From the human T2T-CHM13v2.0 reference genome, Homo sapiens, in NCBI RefSeq assembly GCF_009914755.1, contig NC_060926.1: DNA of 64,000 bases; one strand, 5' to 3'. The position numbers were made by a program, and so were the translations under genes. Below the pieces are notes generated by a model. It searched no databases. It worked only from the letters and a program-made list of their open reading frames with translations, and had not been told where the DNA came from. Shown here one piece after another: positions 56,020 to 64,000 of this stretch (the first letter of the stretch is position 1; each line of letters begins with the position of its first letter).

Positions 56020-59000
56020 GTTATTTTCTCTCTTAGGTATTACAGGATACTGGGTGTTTTTGTCTTTCAAAGTGCTTTAAAAAGTGCTTAAAGGGGTTTA
56101 AAAATCCCACACCCGGAGGAAAAAGAGGAAAATGAAAATCAAATAATTTCCTATCCTGCCAATGATATTCCTCTCACTATCAGTTCACTGTGTTCTATGT
56201 GTTCTGAGGATATATTCCATGCCCTACATCCTGGGGAAAAAATAATATGTGCCCCTGGGAAAGAAAATTCTATTGTGCTTGGAAGCTACCCTAGAGCTGT
56301 TTCTTTTAAGAAGGGAAATAAATTGGAACAACATCCTAAGAAACATGACATCCTATGTGTCATTCATTGCAGCTCAGTTTCTAATCAGAAGTTACAGTTT
56401 GACCAAAATGAAGTATTTTATGGTACCGGCAAATGTTTGGGAATATTTATTTCTATATTATCAAATAAGAAAGGCACAATGATATGTCTTTAATGAGAGG
56501 TTTATAACTACACGTAGGTTATAGCAATTAAATGTTGGTCATCTTAGATAGTAAATATCATTGGTCTATTTTCCATTGTACTTAATATTATAGTTGACCT
56601 CTGGGTTTGAACTATTCAAAAATAGGTTTATATGTACAAAAATTCTACTTACTAGTGTTATTGCTATGAGAGATTTTCCATTCTGGAATAGACCCAATCA
56701 CTGTACCACCTATAACTGCATTTGCCACTCTAGTCTTTCTTTTGATTTTCCAGCTACTAGATATGATTAAACCTGTAATAAATGGAGTGAAGCCTCTATA
56801 TTACATTCTCCAGGGAGTTTTTTGTGGTAATTTATTAAATAAAAAGATAAATTCTGTTGGGCTAATATATTTGTTTTAATTGAGCTTTGAGGGTGTTGTA
56901 CATTTGAATGACTTTTACCCAGTAGCTACTGAAATATGTTTTTTAATTATAAGTTTGGTGTACATATGTGGGAAACCAGCAAAGTTCCATATAGTATAGT
57001 CTTGGCTTAGTGAGATAAAAGTTATAGAAGAGGACATTGGAAATCTAGCCACACTGTGGCTAATAGGCTTGGTTCTCTGAAATAAAAGTATAATTCAGGG
57101 CCAATAATGTGGAAGGCATTGAGAAGCATATCCACCAAGGAGCAACATTATGGTCATTTTGTCTTTGTTATTACTTACTGCTTTATTCTGAGAACAATAC
57201 AGGCATTAAAGTTCTAGAAGCTTCACAGATCATTAATCATCAACATAAATTCAGTGAATTAGAATTCTTTCTTCAAAAGTATGTGTCAACTTCAGATTGC
57301 AGATTTGCCAAAGCTTCATGTAGAGCCCTTCTCTCTTTTATCACGAGTAAAAGTTCAGGTTTAAAATAGAACAACGGATGACTAATGCCATTTCCAGCTG
57401 TGACTGAATTCTCCACTGCCTGATGCTTTTCAAATGTATCTGAATCAGAATCGTAAGTGACATGATGGTACTGACCTCACAATAGCAATGGGCATAAAAT
57501 GATAAAGCAGCAATATTCCTGAGCTCTTGGTGGGTAAATAGAGGGAAAAATGAGTCTATTTAAAATTTTACAGGTTTTACAATAAAAATATTGTGTTATT
57601 TGTATTTCTGCCCAATACAGGAACACCCACTTTATGCATAGCTCCCTAATCAGGAAGTTATTCTTCCCATCAAAGCAACTGGAAAGAAAAAAGATAAAAC
57701 AATGAAGGGAGGAGAAAACACAAAAGTTCAAGAAGAGCAGAATGTTCCGGCAAGGAGAAAAAGCTGGGAAAAGTCACCAATGAATGCCAGGGTTCACCAC
57801 TATCTTAGGAATATCATGAATAAAGCGTTAGATTGGGTGTGCCCTAACTGATGGTCACAAGCATGATACTAATTATCAGGGTGAACAAAGCAGGGGAGTA
57901 AGAGCATCAGTAACTGTGAAACTCTAGGAGTTTGTCTTCATTCTTTCAGTGATAGGTACTGAGTGTTTCCCATGTGTCATACCCTATGCCAGGTGCTGGG
58001 GATGCAATGGTAAAGGAAAAGACCTGGCAATATTCCTCATGGAGCTTGTGGTCTAGGACTGAATGGGTCCCGTCAATTTCAAATAACAGCCATGCTTGTT
58101 ATAAATGATGATAGATTTTCTACTCAAAAGAAACGAGTGTAGTTTATTTCCACTTCTGTGGCTTCTAGAACTTTTTCCATAATGTAACCCTGAAGGAGAG
58201 CATTATATTCAAATTGGGGATGATGTTTTAAATTATTTTTAGCCCCAGTCCCATCCTATTAGTATAAATGGTTGAGACTGTGGTGTTTCCATTTCCCTAG
58301 TGTATATTATGTGCTTCCTGGTGACTTTCTAAGTCAAGAACTGTAATTGCCCAGGGAGCATGATTACATTCTCAGTGCTCTACTTTAACACCCTCACTTT
58401 TTCATACATTCATGAATCAAGCCTTAAGCTCCTACTATGTGGGGCTTTAGGGGTGATGAAAGCATAATTTCATCAGCTTAAACTCTAGTGAGGAAAACAG
58501 ACCTGACATATGCAACAAATTATAATGCCAAGTAATAAGTTCCAAAGGCCAGATATCTCACTGTCACTGGAGATGTCATCTCATTAGAGATGTCTCTTTC
58601 TAAAATGCAAATTTCACCTTCTTCAAATGTACAACTTTCATGATCAAATTCAAATTCCTTGACGAGGAAGTCAGGATCTAGGCTCAGCCTCACCCTGCAG
58701 CCCTGTTTTCTGCCTATCACATGGGCATCTTCTGTTCCAGCTGAACACATGACTGCAGATACCCCTATACCTGTCTTTCAAGTTCACGCCTCTATCTTCT
58801 TAAACTCAGGACTCTATGTCTAGAATGCACAACTAACCTAATTCTATGCAGCCTTCAAAACTCAGAGAAAGCATTATTTTCTCTACAGAATTTCTTCTCT
58901 CCACCTCTATCCCTTACAATCCATGTTAGATATCCCGCCTCCATGCACAGAAGCCTCTATCCACCTATCACAACACTTATCTCACTGTATTACAATTGTT

Positions 59001-60035
59001 GGTCTGCTTTTCCATCTCCTCCAATGGATTGACAATAAGCACTTTGGGGTAAGAGGCTATGTCTTACAAATAAATAGATTAGTATTATGGGAGTACATAT
59101 AATTGATAAAAAAATGAACGGATAAATATTATAGGAGCACAGAAGAAAAAGTCATTATCCTGGCTGAAAAACAGCAAGAAAGGTGATACTCTAATATTAT
59201 CGAAGAAGTGGTATTTAAACTTGTCCTTGAGGGATGAGTAGGAATTTTCCAGATGAATGCACAATTTCCTTCTCATTTGCACAAACAAATTAAGATAATG
59301 CTAAATTAAGTATATTAGAAATTTTGATGCATGTAGAAGACTAGGGCTAAAATGTAGGTAATGGTAAGTAGTACATTTATTTGTAATATACATGGACATA
59401 ATGTTTTGCATGCCTGCTTAATTATACCATGTTCACTATACAAGTCATCTTGCTTGCCCTGAATAAACCAGTTCTAATTTCACTTTATTCCTGACTATGT
59501 AAATCCAATTAAATAGCTATTCTTTCTAGGAATACAGCTTTCAAATTTTAATAGGGTTATTTAAAAAATAAACTAAATTTCATGATAACCTGTATACTAT
59601 ATGCATGAGATAAAGAGTAATAGACAAATAAGCATAAAGTTATTCCCACATACAGTTATATATTTTTTGGTTGCCTTTTCCCACATTCTCTAGTATCATA
59701 AATTTTAATATAAATTATTCATTTTAGCTTCTGATGACAACAATAAAAGTAGGGTGAACCACATTTTGAGATTTTTGTATGCTGTGAAATCTAAAACATC
59801 AGCTTTCAAAATCTACTTTTACAAATTTTAAAACAAGACATCTCAAATTAGAAATTATTATTACGAATCCTTTTTCAAATCTCTTTCAAATTATGAAGTT
59901 TAATATGATAACTATTGTTAGCCATTCCCTTATAAATGTGCATACTCTAATTAGGCTCTTTTGGGTCATTTCATGCCGAGATCTCCACTGATTAAAAAAA
60001 AATACCATTATATAACATCAAACTCTTTAAAAACT

Positions 60036-60189
60036 TTCTTTTTAAAGACAGGGTCTCACACTGTCACTCAGGCTGGAGCACAGTGTGACAACAGCTGACT
60101 GCAGCCTCAAACTCCTGGTCTTAAGTGATTCTTCCCACCTCGGCCTCCTGAGTAGCTGGAATTACAGGCATGAGCCACGGCATCCAGCC
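60036..60189 (-). mobile_element. Alu monomer (FRAM/AluJ-like)
   Basis: agacagggtctcacactgtcactcaggctgg...gccacggcatccagcc; aaactcttt on both flanks. Confidence 0.85.
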
Positions 60190-60400
60190 ATAAACTCTTT
60201 TGTCACCATTTTTCTAGAGTCGTAAGTAGGGCCATTATAAATCTAGAGTTAAAATAGGATCATTATTTACAAAGATCAGATTTAAAACTTAAAAGTGTAT
60301 CTTGCCAAATATTATGGGAAGTGTTAAGGTTTTTTTTTTTGTTTGTTTTGTCTTTTTGTTTTTTTTTGTTTTTTGTTTTTTTTTTACTTTCATGGCTTAC

Positions 60401-60507
60401 TTTTGATTTTAGGACTTCAGGAACTGGAGGAAAGTAATCTTCATAGGAACCATTGCGAAGAAAAGATTTTTTAAATCGTATTGTGGACTGCAGGAGTCTT
60501 AGATTTT
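60401..60507 (-). CDS. ABCA12: ABCA12 exon 11 (107 bp): (E)NLRLLQSTIRFKKSFLRNGSYEDYFPPVPEVLKSK
   Basis: acag|AAAATC ... AAAA|gtaagc; phase 1-0. Confidence 0.93.
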
Positions 60508-61547
60508 CTGTAAAGGAAGGGAGAAGAGTTACTTTATGTGAATTGCAAGGTCATTTAGGAAACCAGTTTGAAAGACACCTCTATCCTGACTTATTACTAA
60601 ATTTTTCCTAAGATAATAGCCTACCTCAATACAAACATAAGATGAATGAAAATTTAACCTTTATTTGAACCATGGGGACAACAGAGTTCATTATTTTAAA
60701 AATATCAGCTTAGAGATAAAAATATTTCTAGCAAAGGTGCTCCATAGTTTTGGCTCTTTGTGAACTGACTATGCTTTCATTCCTGACTTTTGGATATACT
60801 ATTAAGTTGAAGTATGTTGGAAAGAATAGGTTATAGAATCACTGTGATATAAATATGCCTTTCCAACCTTGATTAATTCATACCTTGTAAACAAAGTCTG
60901 GACTTAAATATTTGTTGTGCTATTTGCTTGCCATTAACTCTCAGAAAACTATTTTTGGTGTAGGAAAAAAGAATGTGTGTGTCCTAGAAAATGTGAGAAA
61001 GTAGGTCTTTTCTCTCAAAAAAAAGAAACATTTGATTAAATATAATCTTTATGGTTGCCCATGTAGGCAGAAAATTGCAAATAAAGTGTGTAAGGGTAGA
61101 AAATAAAAGTAGTCTGCCACAAAAATGCCTTTGTTTATGTAATTTACACCCGCTTTTAGAACTCTATATTATCATTCCTTAACATTTTTTAACAGCTAAG
61201 ATTATTAAGAGCATAGAAATGTCATGAAGGGTCATATGAACCTCTAATGACTCTGGACACTTGGAAAATTTGTCCCAGTGGCCATTATCATATTATCCAT
61301 TATATGGCCATTATGTATTAAAGTTTGTCCAGGTGGCCAGCTAGTGCTAGCAGCAGCAACAGAATAATATGATATTATGACAAGACATTCCCTTTGTATA
61401 TCAAATCACCAGACTGAAACTGATGCATATGGAAACTAAGATTTTACAAATTTTCTTTCCTGTGTAAGCAAATGCCTCAAAAACTCACTACTTTAGAACA
61501 GAGGTAGAAACCATGAGCAGCATTTTGACTGTTAAGAACAGTATTAC

Positions 61548-61666
61548 CTGGTGAACCTCTGGCCAAACTGTCAGTCACATTTCTCACACATGCCAAGTAA
61601 GGAATATAAGGACTATTTGCTGATATATTTAAGAGGGCATCTTCAAAGTTTTCCAGAATTAGGAGC
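61548..61666 (-). CDS. ABCA12: ABCA12 exon 10 (119 bp): LLILENFEDALLNISANSPYIPYLACVRNVTDSLARGSP(E)
   Basis: gcag|GCTCCT ... CCAG|gtaata; phase 2-1. Confidence 0.93.
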
Positions 61667-61790
61667 CTGCAGAATTAGAAAAGAATATAGAAATTAAGAC
61701 ATATAAAAGTAAAGCAAAGCCGTTTTGTTGAGATCATTTTGGTCCCTTGTTTGGCATTGGTTGACTTGGACATTGAAATACTATGCAGTT

Positions 61791-62157
<367 letters not shown>

Positions 62158-62284
62158 CTAGATCTTCTGAGCACTTGCCTTTTCTATGTGTACTATCTTT
62201 ATATTTAATTGTTTTAATATGCCATCATAGGTCATCTTAAGGCAATTTCTAGGCACACTTACATGAAAGAAAAAGGTCACTGGG

Positions 62285-62424
62285 TGAGGATTGCCAGGTA
62301 AAATACTGGACTCCCAGTTAAAGTTGAATCCTAGATAAACAATGAATAATCTTTTTTGTGTATAAGTACATCCCACGAGTCCTGCAATTTTTTTTTACTT
62401 TTCATTTTCTAAATCTGGCAACCC
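62285..62424. mobile_element. MER53-like hAT MITE, internally deleted
   Basis: aggattgccaggtaaaatactggactcccagttaaagttgaat...agataaacaatgaataat ... tctggcaaccc, with terminal inverted repeats. Confidence 0.7.
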
Positions 62425-64000
62425 CCTTCTGACACTCCGATTCTTCTCTTGTCAATTGAAAGCTAGGGGGCTAGATGATCTGCTAGGTCCTTTCCACCTA
62501 TAATATTGAATAACTAGATTTGAATTCATTTAATTTTGAATTAATGGGATCCCATTGACCAATATAAGTTCCTTTTTTCTCTAATCAACCAATTTAGTGT
62601 TTCCAAATTCACCACTTTCTGGTTTCCTTTCAAAGTGATTGGCATGTAAGGAAAGGGCCTAAGATTTTTCAGGCTACATGAGTGAGTAAGGCTATGTGAA
62701 TGAGTATGCGCATATTATGTGTGCTCTGTCGCTTCAACTGTGAGGCTACATCTCTATTTATTTTGTAACTTCTTCCCTTAGTGTCTACTATTGAATTTTA
62801 TGTAAAGATAGAATAAATGTCAATGGCTGATTTGGGGATCATCTGCTTTGAATCAAACTGTACAATACACAAATTAACTAGTCCTACTGGATGTTTAACT
62901 TAGATTTTATTAAAATGCGAGTGGGAACGATTAACCTTGGCATAGCTAGTAAATGCAGGAAAATATTTTCATCAATATTAAAGAAGACTCAGGGTGTTTA
63001 AATGTGGGTTAACAACACTGGATCCTTGAGGAACTTTAAAAGAAAAAGAAATACATGGCAAGAAAAGTCTCTAACTTGGCAGTCAGAGCACAGCAAAGTG
63101 GTCAGAGGGCTGACTCATTTAAATACTATTCATAGTCTTTATATTTTTTTAAAAAGTATCCATTTTACAAGCGCTCATGCTTGTGCATAGGCATTTCCTT
63201 GACTAGAGACTCTTGGTAATACTATATTTGGTGGACTCAGACCTTAGAGATTTTAGACAGTGAGCTTCATTATTTATCAAAGCCTCCTTATAGATAGTTA
63301 ATGCCATTGATCAATTCACAAATGAAGGACCAGGAGAGTGTATTCTTAGAGTAAGTTTTCTGTCCTAAATAAAATAAACTATCTATTAGGGAAATTTCTA
63401 AATCACATTATTACTGTTAAAAATGCAACAGGAGTGTGACAGGTGACAAAACTAACCCTATTATATAGGTTATGCATGTAATATGAAGTCATGCCTACAG
63501 TCAAGTTTCATGGACTGTAGTCTACCTATGACATCAGTGAGTCAAGTCAAATCAAATCAAGCCAAGGTCTAATGATAACCAATATACTCACAGCACTTGC
63601 TCAAAAAACCCTGAGCAGGTATTTTAAAATGATAGTTTCAGAATGTTGACGGTAGTGGGAAGCAGTGTCAGAAAGAATATTCTAAAGATAAGCTGGAAGA
63701 TGGGATTTGAGAATCCAAGACGTCAAAGAAGAGACAAATGAAACTATGAGAATAATTATAAATTTACTGCATCTATCTTGGGAAGAGGAGGGTAGAATAA
63801 TCCATCTATTTTATTTGGCTATAGTGATAAGTAGAGGTTTCAATATAAACATTTCTCCTCTGAGCAACTTGAAAGAATGATCCATTTAGTTTTGTATCCC
63901 ATTCCCTGTTCACCCCTGACCCCATCCCCATCACAGACTATCTAGCATTTGTATTTCGTACATCATACACTTGAGTTAATATCTGTGGAAAGGATAAATA

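Noticed and set aside
63585-63660. Donor-like gtgagt on the minus strand as a possible exon 9
   Set aside because: The adjacent sequence does not match the ABCA12 peptide I recall for exon 9, and no convincing acceptor is present; exon 9 probably lies beyond the window.

Overview
Human-type genomic DNA (Alu/L1-rich, CpG-depleted). The window lies inside ABCA12, the keratinocyte lipid transporter mutated in harlequin and lamellar ichthyosis, on the minus strand. I traced 30 consecutive coding exons whose splice sites and phases join into one open frame of 4823 nt. From recalled cDNA landmarks these are exons 10-39 (about c.1062-5884, residues ~354-1962). They encode most of extracellular domain 1, TMD1, all of NBD1, the regulatory linker, the first TMD2 helix and extracellular domain 2. 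Introns hold about 19 Alu copies or fragments, L1, L2, MIR and MER relics, and microsatellites. I see no novel biological system. The most interesting signals are: a rearranged local duplication bracketed by inverted repeats in intron 26; a fossil partial copy of exon 13 in intron 11, split by nested L1/Alu insertions; two identical GC splice donors on frame-preserving exons; a tRNA-Ile-derived SINE; and several candidate intronic regulatory motifs. Exon numbers, repeat subfamilies and variant names are from memory; identities are estimated by eye.
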